64,000 nucleotides of DNA, taken from assembly GCA_963693365.1 (NCBI GenBank), contig CAVNZM010000009.1, forward strand, positions 9,631,581 to 9,695,580. The letters are read 5' to 3'. Under the pieces are notes generated by a model. It worked only from the letters and a program-made list of their open reading frames with translations. It had not been told where the DNA came from and did no database searches. The stretch's first letter is position 1, and every line of letters begins with the position of its first letter. Below are positions 26,225 through 45,049 of this stretch, in pieces. The translations under genes were made by a program, and so were the position numbers. This stretch comes from Amoebidium appalachense. Its lineage: Eukaryota > Protista > Ichthyosporea.

Positions 26225-27985
26225 GATATGGTACCCGGGCCACCAAGGGAAGTGCTACAATTCCGGCCCAGTGTGTGAGCGCCTGCAATGTAACGAGGGG
26301 AGTAAATGCAGCAAGAAAGACGGCCAACCTTGCGCTGGCAACATGTTCAGCACACCGGCAAAACTCTATCAGGTGTGTCTTTCCTCTTATAAAACAAGTG
26401 GGTTGTTGGGCACATCCGAAGTGGTCTTCTGAGTGTTGGATATGTGCAATGTTACAATTGCAGGGTTGGGTTACTTGAAGTGGCAATTCTTGCTGCCTGC
26501 AGACAAAGAGCCTCCCCCCCCCCCCCCCCCCCCCCCCCCCTCCTTCTCGATGGCTCCCCGAACACACTATTCAAGCGGTTTTCTAAATTTCCACAGTTTT
26601 TTCCTGTACCTATATATATATAAATGTTCGTTTTGCGAAAAGCAAGCAAACCGCGTGGAATTGATTTCCGTTCCTTGAGATGTGTTCGTCTGCTTTCATC
26701 CGAATTCAGCGCCTGAAAGTTCAAATTGATTGGTGTCTCCATTTTGTACAGTCCGTATATTCTGTGCTTCAGCCTACGTAACCCCCCCCCCCCCCCCCCC
26801 CCCCGGAGGATGGGCTCTGCTATGTTGCACATTGTGAGTTGCTGATGTTGCATACTTGAATGTTCGCCTTTGCATGTGCCCTGCAAACGTGTTTTCCGAC
26901 GTGTAATTGTACTTCGTACCGTGTTTCTCATTATAACCCCACCGCTCCTTCCTATCCCTCTCTGTTTCCCACCCTCCCACCTTCAACTCTCCCTCCTTCC
27001 CTACCAGTCTCGCCCCCTTCCCTCTGCCCCCGTCCACACCTCCCTCTCGCCCGCGAGATCCCTTCCCTCGTCCCGTTTCCTCTTCCATCTCCGCTTCCCC
27101 CCCCCCCCCTCTCCCCTCCCCTCCTCCCCCTTATTTCCCCTAACGAGTTATAAAGTGGCTCTAACCTGTGCATGCTATCGGTTCCTTTTTTTTTGGTAGG
27201 TTTTGTTTTTATATTGAATGCTCTATTTTTGTTTTCCCACTGTGGCACCTATATTATGGACAAGGCTCTCATTCCCTCACTCTTTTGCCTCCTCCCCTTC
27301 CCTTCCAACTTATCTCTCACCATTCACCCCTCCACTTCTCGTCTTTTCCTCAACCTCCCCCCCCCCCCCCCCAATCAAAAATAATAAATATATAGAAATA
27401 AATATAAAATAAAAATAAAAATAGAATAAAACTAAATAAAAAATGCAGGGTCTTCTCAGGGAGAACGTATACCATGCCTCTACTTTTCAAAAGATGACCA
27501 GCTTTGCATGGGGCGCAAGGCCTGCTGCTGCCACAAGAATGGTCTCCAACAACGCCTTCTGCCGGCCGAGCCCTTTGGTAAGTCGTTTGGTGCGTTGCAT
27601 GTATTGATGTAGCTCGATGTAGATAAGGAGGCGATCATATCGCAAGTGTTTGTGTATGCACGTAAGCGGGACTATTATATGCTCCACTCTGCGTGTGTTT
27701 TAAGCTTTTCCGCATACATTGTGACCTTGCATTTATTTCGACCGGCGTCACTGGCCATGGAAAAGCTTTTGCCAGTGTCTGGCTTTACTTTGCGCTCATG
27801 CAATACACATAACTTTCCATGCAGGTGTGCTAACTTGGCTTTTATGCAGAGTGCGTTGGAGCACGTTTGGGATTCTATGATGCACAAATGGGGTGTGAAC
27901 ACGAGCAGGCGTGGGTTTGCAGCCATTGCATCGGTGTCTGCAACCGCGCACACTGGCAAAACCACACGGACTGAGATGCGGAAAG
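26225..27985 (+). pseudogene. Degenerate spliced gene fragments (Cys-rich exon ~26225-26371; exons ~27449-27576 and ~27825-27984)
   Basis: GT-AG-bounded open segments, but the intervening exon at ~26640-26777 has stops and the phases are not fully consistent. Confidence 0.3.
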
Positions 27986-28052
27986 TGGGTTTCCTTTATT
28001 GCACTCATGCTACCTTAGCAGTTTCCACTAGAGTACACCCTTTCACGACTAA

Positions 28053-28102
<50 letters not shown>

Positions 28103-28874
28103 AAAAAAAAAAAAGGCGGGGGAGATGAGAGAAAGTAAAGAATACAAACGGGCACACAAAAACGCGCATAAATACTCACACACTGGCTTACACACACACA
28201 CACTAACCCAATCAATCACTCACTCACCGGCACCGGCACCGGCACCGGCAGCACACAACACCAAAACATGCACATACAAACACACGCACATGCCCCCACA
28301 CCCACACCCACACCGATACCACACACACAATCAAGCACCCCACACACCGTAGTACACAAGCATGTGTGCAGACACTCGATTTGCTTTTCAAAGTCACGCA
28401 CACGCAAGCACACTCTCTCCGCTAGCCTCCCACTCTCGGGCCCCTGAACAGTAGTCGGTGTTTCCTCACAGCTCAGTCCATTTGGTTTAATTTACTTCAT
28501 AATCTGGCGTCTCTCGTTAATCTTTGATTATCTCTGCCCCTCATGTTCCTTGATTTGCACTTTGGCTTTATTCCCATGTGCTCATTATGCGTCCTTCTGT
28601 TGGTGAGAAGTGAGCTAGGTACACCCCTCATACTCATTATTTTTCCTCCCTTTGTTATTTGGTAAGCTCCCTCGTTGTGATTAGGAAGGTGGATGTGGCT
28701 ACCTATAGCAAGCATTTGTGTGCTTTTTGGTGACGGGTATTGTTTGGTGTGTGGTGTGTGTGTGTGTGCGTGTGTGTGTGCGTGTGCGTGTGCGTGTGCG
28801 TGTGCGCGTGCGTGTGCGTGTGCGCGTGCGCGTGCGTGTGCGCGTGCGCGTGCGTGCGCGTGTGCGTGTGTGTG

Positions 28875-28989
28875 CGTGTGTATGTGCGTGCATGCGTGAG
28901 TGCGTGCTGGGGGGGGGGGAGGGAGGGAGGGAGGGAGGGAGGGAGGGCATGATATTGTCAAGAAACCAGTCAGAACATGGCAATGTGTG

Positions 28990-29033
<44 letters not shown>

Positions 29034-29185
29034 CGTGCGTGCGCGTGTGTATGTGCGTGCATGCGTGAGTGCGTGCTGGGGGGGGGGGGGGGGGAGGGAG
29101 GGAGGGAGGGGAGAGAGGGAGATAATGTCAGGAAAACAGGCAGAACATGGCATTGTTTGCATGTGTGTGTGTGTGTGTGTGTGTT
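28875..29185. repeat. Tandem duplication (~170 bp, 2 copies) of a compound microsatellite unit
   Basis: gtgtatgtgcgtgcatgcgtgagtgcgtgctggggg...cagaacatggca occurs twice. Confidence 0.8.
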
Positions 29186-29488
29186 TTGTGTATGTGCGTG
29201 TGTGTGTTCGTACAAGACAAATACCATGGCCAGCTGCTCTAAGTTTGGAATGTGACGTCATCACATTTTTTTCGGCCGATGGAAGGACCTGACAGGGTTG
29301 TAATGAGAGCCCAATTCTTAAAAAAATTACGTGACAAATTCCCCCCTATTTTAAACTCACAACCTGAATATTATTTTCGTTTTCGATCCCGTTCTATTGC
29401 TTGTACTCATGACTGATATTCATACCAGGTGGTGCCTCAGGATTGTGTGTTCACTCGTTGCGGCTTTGCAGTTCCTGTGGTTGTCGGT

Positions 29489-30079
29489 ATGAAGACTGGA
29501 ATGGTGAGAGCTGAGAATTCGAGGTGCTACAGTACTTTGAGTGGTAGGGGAGATGAGAAGATTTATCGTGGCATCGTTTTCGACCGACAGTCCAAGAAAT
29601 GGAGAGTTCGGGTTGCTAAACACTCCTTCGGCTACTTTGACGATCCTCGTGCGGCAGCAGTGGTTTACGACCGAATGGCTACTTTTTTGATGGAAGAGGG
29701 TGTTACCAAGCGCAAGATTATCACAAATACTTCCCTGGGCCGCCTGCAGTATGACTATAACGAGGAGGAGAGGCAAAAGACAAAGGAACAGTGGACAGCC
29801 AAGCTGAACCATAAAGAATCAAACAAAAGCAAATACTGGGGTGTGGAATATCGCCGATTTAGAAAGGCGCCATCCTACTACCGCGTCCGTTTTCGGGACC
29901 CAAAAACAAAAGAAAAGATAATTTTTGAATCAAAAATAGCTACCATGGAGGAGGCAGTGGCATTGCGTGATGAGTGGGTGCGGGAGATGTTGGAGGATCC
30001 GGAGGTGCCGGAGGCTTGGAAGGCCAGACAACGTGGTTTCCTTTCAGAATCTACCATGGAGGGGGGGGATGGTGTTTGA
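29489..30079 (+). CDS. Intronless protein with two AP2/ERF-type DNA-binding domains
   Basis: IYRGIVFDRQSKKWRVRV...FGYFDDPRAAAVVYD and SKYWGVEYRR...YRVRF...MEEAVALRDEW match the AP2 pattern YRGV...W...LG.F....AA.AYD. Confidence 0.8.
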   Translation: MKTGMVRAENSRCYSTLSGRGDEKIYRGIVFDRQSKKWRVRVAKHSFGYFDDPRAAAVVYDRMATFLMEEGVTKRKIITNTSLGRLQYDYNEEERQKTKEQWTAKLNHKESNKSKYWGVEYRRFRKAPSYYRVRFRDPKTKEKIIFESKIATMEEAVALRDEWVREMLEDPEVPEAWKARQRGFLSESTMEGGDGV

Positions 30080-30596
30080 TAGGGACTAGAATGTTTCCCT
30101 GTATAGCTCCAGGTTTCAAAGTGCGATGTCATTTATCAGCTTCTGGCTTTCAAAACAGATTGTCCCCCATGTATCTTTGATGGCATGCTCTATATATTGA
30201 TGTTATGGCAAGCATTCTATACACATGTAGCTATTTTGTAAATGGAAGTAGAGTTCTTGCCTTATGTGGCGGACAACCACTTCGGAGTTTCACGTGCCCA
30301 CAGTGGTTCTGAGAAGAAACAGACTGCTGCCGCTTATCGTGCCACCGGGCCATCGAAGTTGGGAATCCTTCTTTGGAGATCAGTTAGGAAAATATTGAAA
30401 AGCCTTGATGTACACATGGGTGGTCTCACCAATCACAGGGTCCACTTCTGCGTGGTGGCCGCTTTAAATGCTGTCAAGATCCTATATATGGAAAACATAA
30501 GTACTTTCCTATTGGACCATGTGGTAGACCGGATCGCTGTGAAACTATATAAATGATGGCCTCGGTCAACCACAAACAGCTACCCAACAGAGTAGC

Positions 30597-35863
<5,267 letters not shown>

Positions 35864-35938
35864 CTGCACGTGATTTTTTTTGTCAGCAGACTGCTGGGCG
35901 CTCTGACTAGGCAACCTTGCATGCATGCCTGGCCCCAT

Positions 35939-35969
<31 letters not shown>

Positions 35970-36205
35970 CTCCTCCCCCCAAAACACACGCACACACAGA
36001 CACACACCCCCCCCCCAAACAAAAAAAAAAAAAAAAAAAAAAAAAAAAACAAACACAAAACTCGACCATAGCCACCCACCCAAGCCACACACACACACAT
36101 TTCTATCTCTTGATGCTGTAGAATACATGCACCCCCCCCCCCCCCCCCCCCCCCCCCCCACCACCACCACCACCACCACCACCACCACCACCACCACCCA
36201 CCCAC

Positions 36206-36909
36206 TGTTATTTTGTGTGGGTAAACGGAGAAGCAGAGAGCACAGATGGGTGTTATGATATACACAACACAGAGACACACGGGAAAAACACAACCGGATA
36301 GGTGGAACGATTTCTGGAACCATAGGAAATGAATACGACTGCTTATGATTTATTTCAAGATGAAGTCCCTTTTATACTTGGGAATGTGAAACGATAAACC
36401 AATCAAAAGAACGAAAACTATGAGTGTAAAATATATCGATTAAAATGTCTGTCGACACATAGAATATAAAACTCAATCCTCTAATGAAAGAAACTTCTAA
36501 TAAAAGCACGGAAACATTTAACAAAATGAAACCACTTATGTAACTATTAATTCATAACATACATTTATACATGTTCTTATCATAACACGTCTAAATATAA
36601 TTATTCCTAATAGTTGGAGAACATAGCACAATGCTACGTCGTGGGAAAGGAATGAGAAAGGAATGTAAGTTACTATATTTGGGAAAATACAAACGAGATA
36701 TGATTGGATGACATATATAGATTTTGACGCAAACGACAATACGTGTGCGCGAGCTAAGTATGTCGATACGTACACAGATCTAAGATGTCGTGTACACGGA
36801 AACAGAAAAGAAAGAAAGAAATGAAGAAAGGAAAAGGAAACAAACTACAACAACTAATAAATACAAAACTCAACTTCTAAGTCTTGCTGAGAATCAAGTG
36901 AAGATGACA
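36206..36909 (-). repeat. 3' LTR of copia A
   Basis: Preceded on the minus strand by the PPT CTTGAGTGGGGA (36910-36921). Confidence 0.96.
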
Positions 36910-37395
36910 TCCCCACTCAAGGGTTGGAAGTTGGGTTCTCGTGAAGTTTGTTGATGTGACTGTTGATGTTAAGACTCTCACACATGTAGGAGCAGGTGCC
37001 GTGAAGTCACAGTCAAGTTTCCCCACTCGAGAAGACAATTGGAGAAGACTTGAAGGTGCAAGCCGGGGAAGAAAACCAAAACGGAAGAAGCACACAACGA
37101 CGGTTGCCTCTGAAGACTCGGAACATGACGGTAGCCAATGACGATATATAAATATATATAGAAGAAAACAACTAGTGTATGTGTGACGTGTTGGTGGCTA
37201 ATGATTTATACATTGTATATATGATGGTATATAAATAAACGACGGATGGCCCGGTGGAGAAGAAATCCCCACTGAAGATGCACACACTGGAGATCGATGA
37301 AGACAGCAGTAGACTTTCGTTGGGAGGTGTCTCTACACGGTGATGTGTAGACCACTGGCCAGTGCCCCAACCTACTTGAAGACCACTGTAGATGA

Positions 37396-37441
<46 letters not shown>

Positions 37442-37445
37442 ACAC

Positions 37446-39756
37446 TCAGTCACGAAGACTGAGTGAATCACGGTGCTGCTGGTGGGAGGGCCCGGGCAGG
37501 GGCTTGGTGACGATGTCAGCCACGTTGTCTTTGCTGGACACGTAGGTGACGACCACATCCCCACTCTTGATGTAGTCCTTCGTGTTGTGGTACCGGACTG
37601 CAATGTGTTTGGTCCGGTGCTTGATGCTGTTGGTGTGCAGGAGACAGTAGACGGGGGTGGGGTCGGTCATCGGGTAGCCGAGTTCACGGAGGAGATCACG
37701 GTGCCAGATGACGTTTTGAACAGCAGCATTGATGGCCAGAAGCTCAGCCTCGGTGGTGGATGTTGCCGTGATGGACTGCAGCTTCGAATACCATGTGATG
37801 GGTATGCCCTTGAAGAAGATGACGTATCCGGTGGTTGAACGACGGGTGTTGGGGCAGTTGGCAAAGTCAGCATCAGAATAACACTCCAGCAAGGGGGTGT
37901 TGTCGTCGGATGCAGACTTGTCGTAGTGAAGGCCGAGGTAGGAAGTGCCGATGAGGTACCGAACTACACGGAGTAGACATTCCCATGCAAGTTTGGTGGG
38001 GTTGGCACTGAATCTACCGAGGTAGCCGATGGCAAGAGATGTCGGGCCGGGAACAACGAGCAACCCACAAAAGACGGCCGAGTAGTTCACGGTAGGGAAC
38101 CTTGATGGGTGGTGAGTCGTTCTCGTTGATGGTGATGACGGTGCCGACGGGAATGGGAGTAGCCTTGGGGTGAGCATCGTTGAGGTTGAAGTCTCTGACG
38201 ATGTCGTTGATGTAGGATTGTTGAAGCAGTTTCAAGTTGAGGTGACCGGGGGTGTGGATGAGCTGGGTGCCAAGGAAGATGTCGGGAAGGTCAACCTTGC
38301 AGAGAGCTGACTTCATGATGTGGTCTACTAGATCCTTGGTGTGGGAAGAGTTGGCCGTGCAGATGATGATGACGTCGTCCACATAGTTGCCAGTGAGGAT
38401 GATGTCACTGTTTAAGTCACCGTTGGGGAAGGTCTTGATGTAGACACATGGATCTGAACGGAGACGTTCGAGACCGTGAGCAAGGAGGACCTTGTCGAAG
38501 TACTCATACCAGGCCAGTGATGCTTGCTTGAGGCCGTAGAGTGCCTTCTTAAGTTTCCAGACCTTGTGCTCGTTGCCGGGGGTGATGAAGCCAGGTGGTG
38601 GCTCAATGTAGATGTCTTCTTGAAGAGGACTGTTGAGGAAGGCAGTCGAGACGTCGAGTTGATGAATCTCATGGTTGCCGTCCACACCGATGGCAAGGAG
38701 GGCACGGACGGAGGAGGACATCACCACGGGGGAAGAGGTGTCACCGTAGTCAACACCGTAGACTTGAGTGAAGCCCTTTGCAACACCACGAGCTTTGATC
38801 TTGGTGTCACCGGCTGAGTTGAGGACTTTCTCAGTCACAATCCACTTGAACTTGATGATGTTGGCACCAGGGGGGGGATCAACAATGGTGAAGACATCCT
38901 TGGTGATGAAGGCTTGGTACTCGGAGGTGAGGGCAGCTATGACGGCATCACCGTTGGGACCGTTGCAAAGCTTTTGAATGCCCTTGGGGAGCTGGTCAAT
39001 GTTGATGGTCGGTGCTATGATGCTGACCAGTGCCGTTGGAGTCTTGGTGAGACGTGTAGACCGACGAAGGTTGGGCTTGGGGGGGTCCTTGAGGGGGGTG
39101 GTGGCCGGGTAGGTGGTGGAGGCCGGGACAGGGGCATGGAAGCCAGGAATAGGACAGGTGGTGAGGGGGGCATCGGTGTCCACAGGGCTGCTCGAGGCCG
39201 AGTGGAAGGTGGGGGACCCAGGACGAACCGGAGTCATGTAGCCGGGTTGATGCACAGCAACGGGGGGGGCCGGCAGCAAGGGTTGTTGACCAGTGGGGGG
39301 TGGGCTCGGGGGAGGCACGGGTTCAACCGGGGCTGGTTGGTTGTGCCAGGACGGTTGGGAGATGACCACAGACGGAGTTTCATCGTCGTCGTCGGAGGGG
39401 GGTCTAATGTCGGCAGATCGGGTTTGGGGGGAACGGAGACCTGATTGGTGCTGCTCGTGAATTTCGACTCGTCGAAGATCACATCACGGCAGATCTTGAT
39501 TTGGTTGCTGGCACGGTCAAGGATCTTGTGTGCCTTGGAGGGTAGGTCGGCGGGTGGTTGAGTCCTTGCTGTGTAGGCTTGGACCCCCGGGTGTTTAGGA
39601 GTCTCAATCACATAGTCAGTGATGTAGTAGAGACCGTCGAGGGGGGTGAGATCTGAGATGATGTCACCATTACGGCTGTAGAGGAACGACGGGTGGTTGT
39701 CTGTATGGTCACAATGACCTAGGAGGCCGGCAGCTGAGGCCATGGAGGTAGACACG
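37446..39756 (-). pseudogene. copia A pol remnant: RT and RNase H with frameshifts; integrase core absent
   Basis: KARGVAKGFTQ, LDVSTAFLN, LYGLKQA, YVDD, YSDADFA, TEAEL, KHIAVRYH, ADIVTK; RDVIFDE directly follows the pre-integrase region. Confidence 0.93.
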
Positions 39757-40200
39757 AGCATCAGCAAAGGACGACCCCCATCCAAAAAACATTTATGATA
39801 TCATAGATACCGAAATTCCAAAACAGATATTAGTCTAATATCGTTTTAATATTAGGCGCCCATCCAACGTTTTCCATCCCGATACCCCTCCGGGATGGGG
39901 ATGTAGATATTGCAGATGGGCGTATGGCATCCGGCATCCAATTACATATCTTTTGAGATAGTCAACATTTATCTAAATGATATTAGATAGTTATCATAAA
40001 ATTTTCTGAAAAACTGAATATATCTGTTTTTTTCCGGATGAAAAATGGATACCAAATGGATATGAAAGAACTTTTTTGGATATCACAGAGATATACTATC
40101 CTCATATACCTCCACAATATCTAAATAGGCCCTTTCGGATATCTTGATTATTTTTATACCCCTTTCCGATATTAGGACAGTATCCACAACGTTATCATTC

Positions 40201-41920
40201 TGAGATGTTGTGACATAATAGTACGATATCATTCCAATATCCTTTTCTGCAAATCCAGATTTATCCAATACTATAGCATAACAATATCATTCCGATATGT
40301 ATTTTTTACTTTTCAGATATTAGTTAAGTCCCACGACTATATCATTATGAGATGTTGTGACATAATTGTACGATATCATTCCAGTATCCTTTTCTGCAAA
40401 ACCAGATGTATCCAATACTATAGCATAACAATATCATTCCGATATGTATTGTTTACTTTTCAGATATTAGTTAAGTCCCACGACTATATCATTATGAGAT
40501 GTTGTGACATAATTGTACGATATCATTCCAGTATCCTTTTCTGCAAAACCAGATGTATCCAATACTATATCATAACAATATCATTCCGATATGTATTGTT
40601 TGCTTTTCAGATATTAGTTAAGTCCCACCACTATATCATTATGAGATGTTGTGACATAATTGTACGATATCATTCCAGTATCCTTTTCTGCAAAACCAGA
40701 TGTATCCAATACTATAGCATAACAATATCATTCCGATATGTATTTTTTACTTTTCAGATATTAGTTAAGTCCCACGACTATATCATTATGAGATGTTGTG
40801 ACATAATTGTACGATATCATTCCAGTATCCTTTTCTGCAAAACCAGATGTATCCAATACTATATCATAACAATATCATTCCGATATGTATTGTTTGCTTT
40901 TCAGATATTAGTTAAGTCCCACCACTATATCATTATGAGATGTTGTGACATAATTGTACGATATCATTCCAGTATCCTTTTCTGCAAAACCAGATGTATC
41001 CAATACTATAGCATAACAATATCATTCCGATATGTATTTTTTACTTTTCAGATATTAGTTAAGTCCCACGACTATATCATTATGAGATGTTGTGACATAA
41101 TTGTACGATATCATTCCAGTATCCTTTTCTGCAAAACCAGATGTATCCAATACTATATCATAACAATATCATTCCGATATGTATTGTTTGCTTTTCAGAT
41201 ATTTGTTTAGTCCCTCGAATATATCATTATGAGATGTTGTGACATAATTGTACGATATCATTCCAGTATCCTTTTCTGCAAAACCAGATGTATCCAAGAC
41301 TATATCATAACAATATCATTCCGATATGTATTGTTTGCTTTTCAGATATTTGTTTAGTCCCTCGAATATATCATTATGAGATGTTGTGACATAATTGTAC
41401 GATATCATTCCAGTATCCTTTTCTGCAAAACCAGATGTATCCAATACTATAGCATAACAATATCATTCCGATATGTATTGTTTACTTTTCAGATATTAGT
41501 TTAGTCCCACGACTATATCATTATGAGATGTTGTGACATAATTGTACGATATCATTCCGGTATCCTTTTCTGCAAAACCAGATGTATCCAATACTATAGC
41601 ATAACAATATCATTCCGATATGTATTTTTTGCTTTTCAGATATTTGTTTAGTCCCTCGAATATATCATTATGAGATGTTGTGACATAATTGTACGATATC
41701 ATTCCAGTATCCTTTTCTGCAAAACCAGATGTATCCAATACTATATCATAACAATATCATTCCGATACCTATGTTTTACTTCTCAGATATTTGTTTAGTC
41801 CCATGAATATATCATTATGAGATGTTGTGACATAATTGTACGATATCATTCCAATATCCTCTTCTGCAACACCAGATGTTTCCCATACTATATCATCCGA
41901 ATATCATTCTGATACCTATC
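40201..41920 (+). repeat. 147-bp tandem array (~11.7 copies)
   Basis: TGAGATGTTGTGACATA recurs every 147 bp from 40201 to 41818. Confidence 0.97.
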
Positions 41921-42697
41921 GGGATACTTGTTCGCGATCCACGCAGATAGTAATATGAGATCTTTTGGCTCAAAATAAGATACCGTTCCAATATCATTTT
42001 GTAAAAAGTGAATAAAGGGAGAGAAAATTAACTACTTTACATGCATACCTAATAGGCTACCCACATAAAAAATTTTGAGGAGAAGCCAGCTAAGCAATCG
42101 TATTAGTGTGTGTCATGGCCCGGGATCGGCCCATGGGCGCACACTCGAACGATTCCTTAAACGGATACCAAATGCCTATACAGGTGGCCATGCACGATCT
42201 GATTATATACGGCTTCAAAATTCGCGTGGGGGGCAGCACGGTTTCCCATTTGGCTTGCACATAAAACCACTGATTTTTAGTCCCCAACAATTGCCATTGT
42301 TTCACCTCCTCAAACCCTACTTCCACCACCGTTCCGTCATCCCGGCTCATGAATAAGCCAATCACAGCAGCATGGAATATGAGCAGGCGCATCGGATTGG
42401 TTACTTATAGAGTTTTTGTTCCATATTTGGTATCACCACACGGAGGCGTTGCAAATATGGTTTTTGCATGTAGTTTGCTTTGCTTGGTCACTGTGCTATT
42501 CTTAATTGACAACCCTCGCATAGGTCACGGTAATTAGTGTTAAAAATTTTATTATTATATTGTTAATGTGCATAGGGAAAGTAGACTTGAATTTGTACAT
42601 ACCTAAGACGCGGCCACCTGATGAGCCTCATCCGCTTTCCATGAGGCGTGCAAAAACAAATTCACATGTCAGTTGCGCCCGTTAGATCATCTTCTTG

Positions 42698-42851
42698 TGA
42701 TCATTATGATGACCGTATGGATATTGGTTTGTGATCATTATGATGATCGTATGAGGCATAGAATGATATCACTATGATGATCGTATGGGGGTATAACTAG
42801 CGATCCTTATGGTGGTCGTATGGGGCTTTAATGATAACCACTATGATGATT
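42698..42851 (+). repeat. ~30-bp subterminal repeats (5-6 copies)
   Basis: gatcattatgatga(c/t)cgtatg variants. Confidence 0.8.
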
Positions 42852-43014
42852 ATAGAGGTTTTATTTGTGGAAATTATTGACATAAATATTTTTCTGGGTA
42901 AACACGTAGGATGGGTGTCCGATATCAACAGGCTTTGTTTCATGTTTTAGCAGTTCGCGTTCGGCTGCCCGCATACGGGCACCTATTAGCCGATCAAAAC
43001 ATCAGATTCCACAG

Positions 43015-43110
43015 ATCACTAGACCGAGTCTGATTGGCTCAGGATAAGATTTCACATAACACTAGATCGGTTTTGATTGGCTCAGTTCGGTAGCCGTAGG
43101 TATATAAGCA
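43015..43110 (+). promoter_or_regulatory. Putative Pol II promoter in Ngaro repeat A
   Basis: Duplicated cactaga...tgattggctcag (inverted CCAAT box) followed by TATATAAG, ~120 bp upstream of the gag ATG; same in all three A copies. Confidence 0.55.
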
Positions 43111-43223
43111 CGACAGTTTTTAGCAGATCAGCAGGCAACAACACATCTTCTGTGTTTAGCACCTACAGCTTTACAGCTATATTTTCTTTTTCACTCTCCC
43201 TATCTTTCCGTACGCCGGTCAGC

Positions 43224-44397
43224 ATGCCGCCGAAAAAGCGCCAGGCCTCAGCCACTGCCCCTGCCGCGGCACCCAAGCGCCTGACCCGCAGCGACCTCCG
43301 CCACAGGCTGACCAACGCTCCCGCGGACACTGACGCGCCTCCAGCGGCCCAGACCACCTCGGACCCGGACCCGCCGGCTAGTCTCCCCCTCCCCTCCTGA
43401 AGCCCCCCCTCAGGCCCCGCCGTCCCCCGCAGATGACTTCTCAAGACGCCGTCCTTGCCGCCCTTACCGCCATCAGCACCCAGATGGCTGGCGTCCTGGC
43501 TGCTCTCACCAACCGCGACCCTCCCGCGCCCCCCGCCGCGCCCTCCGCACCCGGGGAGGTTTCCCCGGGGCTGCATCTCGGCCCTGACCTAGACCTACCT
43601 GCCCTGCCCGCGCCCCCCATCACAGGTGAGAACACTGGCGACATTCAGCCGGGCACACTCCCCGCTTCCCCCCGCGGATGTGCTGGCAGATTTGCGCGCC
43701 AATCGTTTCGTCGACCTGTATAAGTTCACCCCCCGCCGCCCTCCTGGCCCCATCCAAGAAAGGTCAGCATCTGCGCATGGCCGACGACGGCAGCATCGAG
43801 ACTTTTCGCCAAGACAAACCCGTTCCCCTGCGTTCACTCGTCATTTGGATCCAGGCTTGGACCCATTACATGGCCGCCAAGCACCACCTCGGCCTCCCCA
43901 CGGACAAAGACGTACTTTGGACTCAGCACATCACTCGCCTCAGCACCCGATACCCGTGGGCCCAGATCCACAACTATGACGTATACGCCCGAACCGTTGC
44001 CCACCAGCAGGGTCGGGCTCCGATCGAGTGTCCCAACCTGCTCGCCCAACTCCACCAGGATCTCCTCTTGCCACCCACTCTGCTCATCCCGGACGCATGT
44101 CAGCGCTGTGGCTTCCCTGACCACCCCAGCGCGGCCTGCCCCATGTACCCCAAGCCCGGCTGTGGTCTTGACGGCTTTAAGCCGCCCCACAAGCCCGGCG
44201 GGGGTCAAACCCCTAACCGCCCTGGCCCGCAACCCGGCCCGGCAAAACCGGCCCGACCCGTGGATCTACCCGCGACGCACTGCAGGAATTTCCACATTAA
44301 CGGTCGGTCCTGCGCTAAGCAGCCCTGCCCCTTCTCCCACGTGTGCCCGCTCTGCTCTGGCACACACCCCCGCAAAAACTGCAAACACAATGCCTAG
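43224..44397 (+). CDS. Ngaro ORF1 (gag-like, C-terminal CCCH/CCHC zinc finger), frameshifted in C-runs
   Basis: MPPKKRQ start; WTHYM...YPWAQIHNYD..AR; CRNFHINGRSCAKQPCPFSHVCPLCSGTHPRKNC. Confidence 0.85.
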
Positions 44398-44792
44398 TCT
44401 ACGCGCACACCCACACACACAGCTAGAACATAGGGGTTAGGAGCTAGGACACACGAGTACAGGGAAACGGAGCTCGGGAGAACGGGCCCATAGGGCTGAG
44501 TACAAAATTTCGCAGGCCAAACTACGGCGCCCGCGCGCGTCAAGAATAAATGTCCCTACACAAAGACGTTTATTCTGGCCACTGCACATAATTTTACTCC
44601 CCCCCCCCCCATCCCACGAGCCTCCCCCCCCCTTACACTCACCTAGCACTCCCTCCCCCCCCCTTCTTCTACCTCTGTGTCCGCCCACACCCCCGCGTGC
44701 TCGGGCACATTCCCCTGCACAGGGCCCCGCTGCCCTCCCTGCCAACCTTCACTCGGGCCCAGCTGCCCTACCCTAACCCCCCCGGGGCAATG

Positions 44793-44831
<39 letters not shown>

Positions 44832-45049
44832 CTGCCGGGATCTCCCCGAGGGTGCCCCACCCTTGCTAACCACCCCCTTCCCCCGAGGCTCAGACCCGGA
44901 GGCCCGCCCCGCTCCCCCAGCACCGCATTGACACCTCCCGCCTCCGGGAACTGCTGGCCTCCTACCCAGACCAATCATTCGCCGCACAACTCCTCCACGA
45001 TGTCGAATTCGGTGTCGACATCGGCTATCGCGGGCCCTCCACCTTTCGG

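Noticed and set aside
40347-41210. 287-aa ORF of 49-aa repeats
   Set aside because: By-product of the 147-bp (3n) satellite; other units contain stops
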